18,462 nt of DNA from an uncultured archaeon (lineage in GTDB: Archaea > Altiarchaeota > Altiarchaeia > IMC4 > SCGC-AAA252-I15): positions 1 to 18,462 of the forward strand of contig CAZPLO010000024.1 of the NCBI GenBank assembly GCA_964587725.1, written 5' to 3'. Of the stretch, positions 7,573-15,863 are shown in pieces; the first letter of the stretch is position 1, and each line of letters begins with the position of its first letter. Under the pieces are notes generated by a model. The model was not told the DNA's origin. It was given only the letters and a program-made list of their open reading frames with translations, and searched no databases. The translations under genes were made by a program, and so were the position numbers.

Positions 7573-7939
7573 AGCGGGCAGCAAGTCGGATAAGGCCGTG
7601 GTTGATAAGGCGGAGGGAGTTCTGAAAGACGGTGGAGTAGACTACAGTGTAGAGTACTGCAGCGCCCACCGCGAACCAGACCGCCTCAACGAAATACTGT
7701 CGAAGTCGGATGCGAAGGTGTTCATATGTGTCGCCGGCCTCAGCGCCGCCCTCCCAGGAGTGGTGGCCTCCAAAACCGACAAGCCGGTCATCGGCGTCCC
7801 CGTGGAGTCGAAGCTCGGCGGCCTCGACGCCCTGCTGTCGACGGTCCAGATGCCGCCGGGCGTCCCCGTCGCGTGCGTCGGCATCGACAACGGAAAGAAT
7901 GCTGCGCACCTGGCGATAAGGATACTGGGTTTGAAATAG
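7553..7939 (+). CDS. purE: PurE (AIR carboxylase / N5-CAIR mutase family)
   Basis: [54 protein letters not shown]...NAA. Confidence 0.96.
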   Translation: MADVLIIAGSKSDKAVVDKAEGVLKDGGVDYSVEYCSAHREPDRLNEILSKSDAKVFICVAGLSAALPGVVASKTDKPVIGVPVESKLGGLDALLSTVQMPPGVPVACVGIDNGKNAAHLAIRILGLK

Positions 7940-7990
7940 TTTAAACTTTTTTCAAAACAGTTTAAACTTTTTCTAAATAGTTTAAACTAT
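7934..7990. repeat. Three tandem ~20-21-bp units, each with the palindrome AGTTTAAACT, between convergent purE and hisH; possible bidirectional terminator or protein-binding array
   Basis: AGTTTAAACT at 7938-7947, 7959-7968 and 7979-7988. T-tracts follow the first two copies. The outer copies overlap the TAG stop codons of both genes. Confidence 0.85.
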
Positions 7991-8589
7991 CTCTCAACTA
8001 TCCTCTGGAAGTTTTTCAGCACCCGGAGGCCTTTGCCGCCGCTTTTTTCGGGGTGGAATTGGGTGGCGTAGACGTTGTCTTTGCTGATGACGGACGGGAA
8101 TTTCACCCCGTATCCTGTCTCTGCGGCAACGACGCCGTGAGAGTCAGGGACTACGTAGTATGAGTGGACGAAGTAGAAGTGGTCACCGGACTCTATGCCC
8201 TCCAGCAGCGGCGTGTCCTCCACTTTCTCTATGGTGTTCCAGCCCATATGCGGCACCTTCAGGTCGCAGTTGAAACGCTTGCATGCGCCCCTGAACAGTC
8301 CGAGCCCGTTCACTCCGGGGCTCTCGTCGCTGCCCTCAAAGATGACCTGTATGCCCAGACACAGTCCCAGGAACGGCTTGCCGGAGTCCACGGCGTCCTT
8401 CACCGCCGGCTTGAACTCCTCCAGCTTCTTCATGGCGTCGCCGAAGGCTCCGACGCCTGGCAACACGATGCCGTCCGCTTTATCCAACGTGGCGGGGTCT
8501 TCTGTCACCTCAACTTCGGCGCCGACTTTCCTGAGGCCGTTGGTTATGCTCCTCAGGTTGCCGGCGCCGTAGTCCATTACCGTAATCAC
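7987..8589 (-). CDS. hisH: Imidazole glycerol phosphate synthase glutaminase subunit
   Basis: DYGAGNLRS, LPGVGAF, GLCLGIQ (catalytic Cys), VPHMGWN, YFVHSY, QFHPEKS. Confidence 0.97.
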   Translation of the reverse strand: MITVMDYGAGNLRSITNGLRKVGAEVEVTEDPATLDKADGIVLPGVGAFGDAMKKLEEFKPAVKDAVDSGKPFLGLCLGIQVIFEGSDESPGVNGLGLFRGACKRFNCDLKVPHMGWNTIEKVEDTPLLEGIESGDHFYFVHSYYVVPDSHGVVAAETGYGVKFPSVISKDNVYATQFHPEKSGGKGLRVLKNFQRIVER

Positions 8590-9302
8590 TTCACAGCCTC
8601 TACTATCCTCTTCAGCTTCTCTGGATTCTGTTCAGCTATGGTGCCCGTTACTATTACGTCGGCACCGGCGGTAACAACCTTCTCCGCCGCTCCCACATCC
8701 CTTATTCCTCCGCCCACAATCAACGGCACCTTCAACGCCTCCTTCACAGCCCTTATCATCTCCGCCGGCACGGGCTTGTCCGCGCCACTGCCGGCCTCCA
8801 GGTACACGCACTCCATCCCGTAGTATTCCGCGGTCAACGCGTACGCCACCGCCTTGTCAATGTCATCTTCACCTATTCTGTCCACTTCACCGACTTTCTC
8901 GACGGTGGTGGGTTCCCTGCTGGTGCTCACCACTATGTACCCCATGGGGACGGGGTTCACGCCCAGTTTCTTCACGTGGGGCGCGGCCTTCACCTGCTCC
9001 CCAACCAGGAAACGCCTGCTGTTGCTGTTCATCAGCATCATCCAGAAGATGTGGTCTGCGTGCCTGGACAGTCCGGCTGCGGTGCTGGGGAACAGTATCG
9101 TCGGGAGCTTGCATGCTTTCTTCACCGCCTCCGTGGTCCGGTCGGTGGGTTCGTGGCCGACGGTGCTGCCGCCTATCATTATCGCGTCCGAGCCGTAGGA
9201 TTCCGCGCGCGCAGCCAACTCACCCGCCTGTTCAGGACTCTGCTTGTCCGGGTCAATCAGCGTGAAGTGGAGCCGGCCCTTCTCCAGCATCTCCTTCATC
9301 AC
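8586..9302 (-). CDS. Geranylgeranylglyceryl phosphate synthase (GGGPS)
   Basis: HFTLIDPDK, DAIMIGGS, YLEAGSGA, VGGGIR, GADVIVTGT. A GAGGTGA SD site suggests the start may be the ATG at 9299 instead of the GTG at 9302. Confidence 0.93.
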   Translation of the reverse strand: MMKEMLEKGRLHFTLIDPDKQSPEQAGELAARAESYGSDAIMIGGSTVGHEPTDRTTEAVKKACKLPTILFPSTAAGLSRHADHIFWMMLMNSNSRRFLVGEQVKAAPHVKKLGVNPVPMGYIVVSTSREPTTVEKVGEVDRIGEDDIDKAVAYALTAEYYGMECVYLEAGSGADKPVPAEMIRAVKEALKVPLIVGGGIRDVGAAEKVVTAGADVIVTGTIAEQNPEKLKRIVEAVK

Positions 9303-10309
9303 TTTATCACCTCAGTCTCCACAGCAATCCTTCTGGCTTCTTCTTCAGTGAGTCCGCCGCGCAGTATCGTGTACCGGTCGCGTATGCCGTGGGCCTTCAC
9401 CAGGGCCTCTATTATCTTGTCCTCAGGTATCCTGAGTTGTTTGGCGTTCACCGGCGCATTGCATTTCTTCAGCGCGTTCCTCACCCGACGCCATTCCGTG
9501 TTGTGGAGGCACGCCATCATTATCGCGCCGACGCCGCACTGTTCCCCGTGGAGGGCGGGTTTCTCGCATATGAGGTCGAGGGTGTGGCTGAACATGTGTT
9601 CGGAGCCCGAGCACGGTCTGGAGGAGCCGGCGATGCCTATTGCGACGCCGCTTGAAATCAACGCTTCGACGAGGATGCTAACGTCTTTGTACACTTTCCC
9701 CGCGTTCCTCATCACTATTTCGGCGCTCATCTCCGACAGCGCCGCAGCGTAGTCCCCGTAGTATTCCTTCTTTTCTTCGTGGGCTAGGCGCCAGTCGAGC
9801 ACTGCCGTGTAGTTTGATATGGCGTCCGCGCATCCCGAGGCAAGCAGCTTCTTCGGCGCCTTCGCTATCACGTTCGTGTCCGCGATGACGCCCAGCGGCG
9901 AGTGCACCTGCACGGAGGTGGGACGGTCCATCTTCAGCGACGCCTGCGGCGACGCGATGCCGTCGTGGCTTGCGGCGGTGGGGACGCTGATGAACGGCAG
10001 CTTGCTTTCGAACGCCACCACCTTCCCGGCGTCCAGTATTTTTCCGCCGCCGACTCCGACGACGTATTCTATCTTCTCTTCCGCGACCTTCTTTTTCAGG
10101 TTGTTGAGCGTCTCCTCATTCACCTCGTCTATAACCGTGTTGTCGGCGTTGAGTTCTACGGACACGATGTTGCCTGCGATGTCCCTGGTTGTTTCGTCGC
10201 ACAGGATGAGGGGTTTCCCGTGGAGTCCAAGTTCTGCGACGATGTCGTCGACTTCGTAGACCGCGTCCGGCCCCACCAGCACCTTCCGGGGCAACTCTAT
10301 GTTCTTCAT
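9299..10309 (-). CDS. egsA: sn-glycerol-1-phosphate dehydrogenase
   Basis: GVGGGKILD, PTAASHDGIASP, GSSRPCSGSEHMFSH, HGEQCG, RDRYTIL. Confidence 0.96.
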   Translation of the reverse strand: MKNIELPRKVLVGPDAVYEVDDIVAELGLHGKPLILCDETTRDIAGNIVSVELNADNTVIDEVNEETLNNLKKKVAEEKIEYVVGVGGGKILDAGKVVAFESKLPFISVPTAASHDGIASPQASLKMDRPTSVQVHSPLGVIADTNVIAKAPKKLLASGCADAISNYTAVLDWRLAHEEKKEYYGDYAAALSEMSAEIVMRNAGKVYKDVSILVEALISSGVAIGIAGSSRPCSGSEHMFSHTLDLICEKPALHGEQCGVGAIMMACLHNTEWRRVRNALKKCNAPVNAKQLRIPEDKIIEALVKAHGIRDRYTILRGGLTEEEARRIAVETEVIK

Positions 10310-10599
10310 TGTAACGTAACTACCTGCGCGTGCTTGACCCCGCAGACGGTGATTACGTTTTTCTCATCCACTATGCCTTCCTTCACCGCCAACGCGACTA
10401 TGGCGTCTCCCATGAGGTTGGCTATGGTCGCGCCCCTCATCAAATCGAGGAATCTTCTTTCGTCCGCGTCTTCGCCGCCGTAGAATCCTTCGCTGACGTG
10501 TATGTCGGCTTCTCCAGTCAGCTTCCGCCCCAGCAGTGTTCTGTCGCAGCAGGCCAGCACCGTGTCCGGTCCGGCGCGGTGCATCTTCAGTGAAAACAT
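10306..10599 (-). CDS. DUF424 family protein
   Basis: K.H....VLACCD..LLG...VSE.FYGG...A.IANL.G...V..A...G.VD.. pattern, about 97 aa, at its known position next to aIF2-beta. Confidence 0.88.
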   Translation of the reverse strand: MFSLKMHRAGPDTVLACCDRTLLGRKLTGEADIHVSEGFYGGEDADERRFLDLMRGATIANLMGDAIVALAVKEGIVDEKNVITVCGVKHAQVVTLQ

Positions 10600-11019
10600 T
10601 TATTTTATCCTGCGCATAGGCCACCATCCGCCGCAGGCCTCGCATTTGATTATCTTCTGCCCCTCCAGTTCGGTGAATTTGGTGTCCGGGCGTCCGCATT
10701 CGTGGCAGATGACGTATTCCTTCGAGTAGTCCCGTATCTTCGCGTCAATGACGTGTTTCTTCAGCTTCCTCTGTATGATGACTCTGTTCCCTTCGACGCT
10801 GCCGGGGGCTGCCAGTTCTTTGAGGAGGAATTTGAGCATGTGCTCCTGCTTCCTCCCTAATGCGGTGGCTATTTCGTTGAAGTTCCGTATTATGGTCACG
10901 TTCCCCTCTATGAAGGCGTCGGACTCCGGAATCTCAAATCTCTCGTGTTTCCTCAGCTTCTCCGGCAGCCCCTCCCACACCCGCTCCAGGAGGCCGTCGT
11001 ATTCGTATTTCGGGTCCAT
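10600..11019 (-). CDS. eif2b: Translation initiation factor 2 subunit beta (aIF2-beta, ~139 aa)
   Basis: Y..LLER....LP....ERFEIP, GN.TIIRNF..IA..L.R...H.LKFLLKELA, and Zn ribbon CHECGRPDT...CEACG. Start moved to ATG 11019 (MDPKYEY) because of family length and a TATA-like TTATTATAA about 24 nt upstream. Confidence 0.95.
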   Translation of the reverse strand: MDPKYEYDGLLERVWEGLPEKLRKHERFEIPESDAFIEGNVTIIRNFNEIATALGRKQEHMLKFLLKELAAPGSVEGNRVIIQRKLKKHVIDAKIRDYSKEYVICHECGRPDTKFTELEGQKIIKCEACGGWWPMRRIK

Positions 11020-11112
11020 GCTGGACAATACATAGGAAGCCATTATAATAAAACAGCAAAACCCAAACTCGTTGTACAATGTTCAAAACCCTTGTTTTTC
11101 GCCGATTTCAGA

Positions 11113-11159
11113 GTATTTAAGCGTGAAATACCCGTATTTAACAACGCCAGAGAGGCGTT
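11113..11159 (+). promoter_or_regulatory. Putative promoter and operator of the giant orphan gene
   Basis: GTATTTAA occurs twice (11113-11120 and 11134-11141). Inverted repeat AACGCC-AGAGA-GGCGTT (11143-11159) lies between the second TATA and ATG 11171. Confidence 0.5.
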
Positions 11160-11170
11160 TGCCCGACACC

Positions 11171-14100
11171 ATGACGACCAGCCAAAACAACAGTCAGGGA
11201 CCGCAGAGACAGCGGCAGCGCCAGCCCACCCAACAGGACCTCGACCAGCAAGTCCAGGACATGGACGCCAGAGATCTTAAGTCCCATAGACCCCCTAAAG
11301 TCAACATCTGCAGCAACATGCCGGGGGAATACACCAAACCCCAGTTCATGGCCGCTGTCAGGGCATTCATAGCCCCTACGTTCGAAAAGGGCAAGCCCGT
11401 GCTGATATGCGACACTGAAGCCTCCAAACCGTCTGGCAGAGGAGCCCTGCCTGAATTGGTCGGCGGAATACGCACCCTACTGCGGAGGGCGCGTTCGTTC
11501 GAGGACAAGGAGCGGTTCGTGCAACAGTTCGGCCATGCCAAGGAGCAACGGGACGACGTTTCAGTGGACGAGATTGCGGGCGTCATACAAAAAATGCTTC
11601 TGAACACCACCGTCGACGTACACGAGTTCAAGCCGCTGATGACCGGCTACGACCCTCAGGACGTGTTTGAGGACATATTCTCAGAGGCGTCAGTAAGAGC
11701 GCTGAAGAAGGATGACGAGACCCCCGCTCAGTTCAGGGAACGCATGGAAAAAAACGGGCTTCCCGGCATCATGCACCGCATGAAAAAGAGGAAAGTCTCC
11801 GGCTTCGAAGAAGGGGAGGAGGCCACCGTCGCCGACGCGTTGGCGTTGGCCCGCTGGGGCCACGAGTCCAGCGATATGCTGGGGATATCAGACGCGAGCA
11901 AGGAAGTATACAAACGACTTCAAGAAGCGATTCCCGAATCCCTGCAGGGGGCATTCACCTATATGGACCGGGACGGTCACGTCCGTGAACTGGAGAACGT
12001 TCCCAGGGAACTGGAGAGAATGGGCGTCCAGTTCAACGACTACCTGTTCAACAGCCTGGCCTTCATTACGCGGGACATGGCCATGCGGGTCCACGACCGC
12101 TACGAGGCGGTCAAGATGAGGTACCCACCTGAGAGAAGATGGGCCCGCCACGCCATACAACTGGGTGTGGGAGACCCGAAGGCATGGCATAAGGCGCATT
12201 CGGTGCTGAACCCATTCCATAACGCCCACGGAGACATGCTCGCGGAATTCCGGGAGCGTCCGGACCTTACCGTATACGAGAAAAACATGACGATGGCCGC
12301 CCACAAAGGCCTGGACGACGTGTTCGCACAGAAGGGGAGCGTCTACGGGGTGGGCAACCCCCAGTACAAATTCGATTTCCTTCGCCACATGCTGGAGGAG
12401 TTCAGCTTCGACTTCCGAGACCACGAAGGTCCGCGACCCGACTTCCAGAACGAGACAGAATACCAGCGTCAGACGGCCGAGAAACTATGGGCCCGCATCA
12501 ACAACCAGGTGGTGCGGGACCCCGAAACCGGGGAGATAGTCATTGGCCAGGAGCATCGGGACGCCAACGTCCAGGACGTTGTGGTGGAGGGCCTGCCTAA
12601 ACTCCAGGAAGCCACCCTGGCCTATGTGCTCCGAACCTGGGGGGGAACCGACGAGGGGGCTGAAGTATCCAAGATACGGGGCTACGACATGCTCATAAAG
12701 GATGCTTGGAGCGCTGAAGACCTGACGAAAGCCCAGCGCAGGTCTCTGGTGGCGGCGGTAAACCAGTCCACCGGCAAGAAATTGAAACACGCGGACGAGA
12801 TAGACCGGGAAGACCTGGACGGCCTGAGCGACCAGCAAATAGCCGCAATGGGAATGGACCGGGAGACTGCGGTCAATGGGGCCGCGAAAGCCCGCCTAAT
12901 GCACGACATCAAAAGAGGATTCTACATCTACTCATACACGTTAGCCGACAAAGTCCACATGCTAGACCGCCTGAGAACCGACGTGGACCTACGGATGCGC
13001 ACGGTCTTCCACCACCAGGGAGCAGACCAGAGCGCATACGAGCTCCTGCACTACGGTATGGGTCAGCTGGCGAGGGACCCGGATAAGAGAATAAAGGTTC
13101 CGGAAGGCAGCGTTACCGCAGGGGACGTGAGAACATACGCCTACGCCTTACGCGACATGAAGGGGTTGGTGGGGCAGCTGTTCTGCAGCACCCAGTGGAG
13201 GCAGGCTAGCAGCACGGACACGTCCGACCCGAAGCTAGCAGCCAAGAGAAAAAGCGCAATGGACGACCTGGTGATATCCGTCCTCACCAAGCAGCAGCGG
13301 GAGTTGATTGCGTCGCTGGTCGGCAAAGACAGGATAAGCAGGGAAGCCCTGTTCCACACACTGAAGAACGTGGAGAAGCGTTTCGAGAAAGACCATAAAG
13401 ACATGCTCGCGTTCGCGATAGGGCCCTCCAGGTACGACAAATTCCACGACCCGTCGACCGGCGCATTGATGGGCAGCTACAGTTCAAACTTTGTCACAGA
13501 GGCCTTGAAGAACTCGGCGCCGTCGGGGCTTCCAGTCGAAGAGCAGGAATACTACGGGAGAATCCGCATGGCCAGGCTGCTCGGAAAATACGGGGACAGG
13601 CTTAAGGCCCTGCGTGCGCCCCTGAAAAACCCCTACGCCCCCATAGGGTACTCCCTGGTGTTCGGCAAAGACACGGAGGTGGAGAGGAACGCTTTGATAA
13701 ACGACATGGCGGCGGATTTGTTCTCCACCGACGGTGAATTCTCCCGCATCGGCAAGGCGATGCAGCAAAAGTCATTCCAGGACTATGTGGATTCCCTGGG
13801 TTCAACGGAAGAGAATGCGTCCCCGGAGTTCCTGGCAGCCCGGCAGATGTACGTGTTCCTCCAGAACACCCACGCCCGCTACCGCGGATTCGGGGAGCTG
13901 CTGATGGAATCCAACACCTACGGACGCCAGGGTCTGGCTCCGGTCAACCTAGACGCGTCGACCGTCTTCGATGCCATCACCACATTGGACCCCGAGAAGG
14001 GCGCCCGCATCAAGGTGCAGGAGTTCACATCCTCCGAGAAGGTGCGTTCGCCCAGGTCGAGGGCTCCGGGTCTGGAAAACACGACAGTAATGAACGGAGT

Positions 14101-15859
14101 GTCGGTGCTCGACGGCGCGTGGGCTCACGAGCAACGGGCGATACAGATTCTCACCGAAGACCCGTACAGCAGGGAGTTCATACTCAACCTGGCGAGGAAC
14201 CAGTCAGCACATCGTGAAATAAGCACTGCACTGGCGGTCGGCAAACCCCTGGACCTCCGTGAGGTGGTCGGAATCCTGGACCGCCACGGCGTGGACAGGA
14301 GACACCCAGCATGGGATGAGGCTAGGGCTGCTGTGGAAGAGGGCCGGGAGGTAGACGCCGGAGGAGTGGAGTCTGCCCTATCCAACATACACGGTGAAGC
14401 CCTCAGGTCCACGGCTCGGCACCTGGGGTTAACAGACTACGACATGGGAGACCTCAGCCAGTGGATGCACTACTACTCGAACGCCATGCTGGAGCAGGCC
14501 GACGGCAAGATGATGTCCGCGGTCGACGACCTCACAAAGGCGTACAGTTACGCCCGGAAATTCACCTCCGCAGAGGACGGAGTCAACCTAGCAGTCGTAA
14601 CACTCAACACCCGCGGCTGGGCCAAGAAGGACATCGGGGAGATGACTCCGCAGACGAACAAGGGAGCCGTGAAGAAATACTACCAGCACGCGTTGGACGA
14701 CTTCACCGCCGCTTGGAAGACATCAAGGGGCGAGAAACTCACATACGAGCTGAACACCAGCAGATGGTTTATCGCCGGGTCGCTGTACTGGCTGAGGCAG
14801 CGTTTCGTGGACGCAAACAGAGCCCCCGTGGAGGGCGAGAACGCGGAAGCCATGGCGGGCATGGGGGTTATGCAGTCGAAGCTCAGCAACCTCTCCCGGG
14901 TGAGCGGCGAAGACAACCGCAAATGGTTCATAGGCGTGGGAATCGGAGCTCCGCTTCTGGGGGCGGCAGTCGCCGCTCCAATAGCCGGTCTTGCGGTCGG
15001 CGCCGCATCGTTGGGGTTCACCTGGGCTTCGGAGAGACTCCGACTGGGAGAGAAATGGACGAATGAAGCGACGGCGGCGATGGAGGAGCGCCCGGAGGGT
15101 GGCAGAGGATACATACGGACGTACGAGGACCGTGTGGTGAAATACGCGAGGGCGGAGTCGCTGGTGAACAGCGGAGACCGTTCTCTGTTCCGCTTCTTCA
15201 GGGGCAACTTTGCGACGTTCAGATGGGATGCGGGAGCCATGCGCAGATACGACCAGGCCGCCAGGACTCTCGACCCGCTCACACACAACCACATAGTCCA
15301 CGCCCACCACGTCCGGATTGTGGAGGATCAGGACCCTGCGCTGCAGCTGGACCTGTACTATGACTCCTACCTGGTCCGGCTGCTGAAGCGTCAGGCCCTG
15401 GAGCGGCAGGGCAGATACTATGAGGCCGCATGGGGTGCGTTGGACAACCGCCTCGACGACATGACAGTCAACAGGACGACGGAGTTGTACGACATCGCCC
15501 ACAGAAACAACAGCATACAGCCGAACCTGTGGGGCCGCGCGCTATCGCTGGTGACATTGGGGGGTTTGAGCAAGTACACGGGCAGGAGGGCTGCGGTCAG
15601 CATGCTGTTGAACCGCATAGGCTCCCAGCCAGATGAGGCGGATGAGGCGAGTCCCGCGTTCGACAACCGGAGCGCGGTGCTGCTGCGGCAGCTGGGATAC
15701 GGGGACAGGGCTAAAGAGCTGTGGGAGGCCGCCCGAGACAAGTGGGAGCCGGCGTTCCAGAACGACAAAAACATACTCAAGTCGGATTCACTCAGGGGGC
15801 TGCTGACAAACGCAAGCCACTACCTAAACGGGGAAGCACCCACGTGGGAGTTCAGGTGA
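11171..15859 (+). CDS. Giant hypothetical protein (~1562 aa), apparently mostly helical, with a 34-aa Gly/Ala-rich hydrophobic segment
   Basis: Uninterrupted 4.7-kb ORF with GC-rich third positions like its neighbours. ATG 11171 is preferred to the track start at 11072, whose extension runs through the putative TATA region. No family recognised. Confidence 0.85.
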   Translation: MTTSQNNSQGPQRQRQRQPTQQDLDQQVQDMDARDLKSHRPPKVNICSNMPGEYTKPQFMAAVRAFIAPTFEKGKPVLICDTEASKPSGRGALPELVGGIRTLLRRARSFEDKERFVQQFGHAKEQRDDVSVDEIAGVIQKMLLNTTVDVHEFKPLMTGYDPQDVFEDIFSEASVRALKKDDETPAQFRERMEKNGLPGIMHRMKKRKVSGFEEGEEATVADALALARWGHESSDMLGISDASKEVYKRLQEAIPESLQGAFTYMDRDGHVRELENVPRELERMGVQFNDYLFNSLAFITRDMAMRVHDRYEAVKMRYPPERRWARHAIQLGVGDPKAWHKAHSVLNPFHNAHGDMLAEFRERPDLTVYEKNMTMAAHKGLDDVFAQKGSVYGVGNPQYKFDFLRHMLEEFSFDFRDHEGPRPDFQNETEYQRQTAEKLWARINNQVVRDPETGEIVIGQEHRDANVQDVVVEGLPKLQEATLAYVLRTWGGTDEGAEVSKIRGYDMLIKDAWSAEDLTKAQRRSLVAAVNQSTGKKLKHADEIDREDLDGLSDQQIAAMGMDRETAVNGAAKARLMHDIKRGFYIYSYTLADKVHMLDRLRTDVDLRMRTVFHHQGADQSAYELLHYGMGQLARDPDKRIKVPEGSVTAGDVRTYAYALRDMKGLVGQLFCSTQWRQASSTDTSDPKLAAKRKSAMDDLVISVLTKQQRELIASLVGKDRISREALFHTLKNVEKRFEKDHKDMLAFAIGPSRYDKFHDPSTGALMGSYSSNFVTEALKNSAPSGLPVEEQEYYGRIRMARLLGKYGDRLKALRAPLKNPYAPIGYSLVFGKDTEVERNALINDMAADLFSTDGEFSRIGKAMQQKSFQDYVDSLGSTEENASPEFLAARQMYVFLQNTHARYRGFGELLMESNTYGRQGLAPVNLDASTVFDAITTLDPEKGARIKVQEFTSSEKVRSPRSRAPGLENTTVMNGVSVLDGAWAHEQRAIQILTEDPYSREFILNLARNQSAHREISTALAVGKPLDLREVVGILDRHGVDRRHPAWDEARAAVEEGREVDAGGVESALSNIHGEALRSTARHLGLTDYDMGDLSQWMHYYSNAMLEQADGKMMSAVDDLTKAYSYARKFTSAEDGVNLAVVTLNTRGWAKKDIGEMTPQTNKGAVKKYYQHALDDFTAAWKTSRGEKLTYELNTSRWFIAGSLYWLRQRFVDANRAPVEGENAEAMAGMGVMQSKLSNLSRVSGEDNRKWFIGVGIGAPLLGAAVAAPIAGLAVGAASLGFTWASERLRLGEKWTNEATAAMEERPEGGRGYIRTYEDRVVKYARAESLVNSGDRSLFRFFRGNFATFRWDAGAMRRYDQAARTLDPLTHNHIVHAHHVRIVEDQDPALQLDLYYDSYLVRLLKRQALERQGRYYEAAWGALDNRLDDMTVNRTTELYDIAHRNNSIQPNLWGRALSLVTLGGLSKYTGRRAAVSMLLNRIGSQPDEADEASPAFDNRSAVLLRQLGYGDRAKELWEAARDKWEPAFQNDKNILKSDSLRGLLTNASHYLNGEAPTWEFR

Positions 15860-15863
15860 CAAA

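Noticed and set aside
7931-7990. Possible mini-CRISPR array (GTTT...AAAC-like repeats)
   Set aside because: The period is only 20-21 bp, with no unique 30-40-bp spacers, no leader and no cas genes.
11020-11170. ORF-track starts at 11079 (eif2b) and 11072 (giant ORF), giving overlapping divergent genes
   Set aside because: Both extensions run through an AT-rich region containing TATA boxes. ATG 11019 and ATG 11171 fit family length and promoter spacing better.
11399-12240. DEDD exonuclease-like motifs in the giant protein (VLICDTE; FHNAHGD)
   Set aside because: The motifs are about 270 aa apart, much more than usual, and no convincing ExoIII motif was seen. Probably chance, though an HHpred search would settle it.
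11171-15859. Giant protein as a dynamin-like GTPase or phage tape-measure protein
   Set aside because: No P-loop (GxxxxGK[ST]) was found, there is no periodic aromatic repeat pattern, and there are no neighbouring viral genes.
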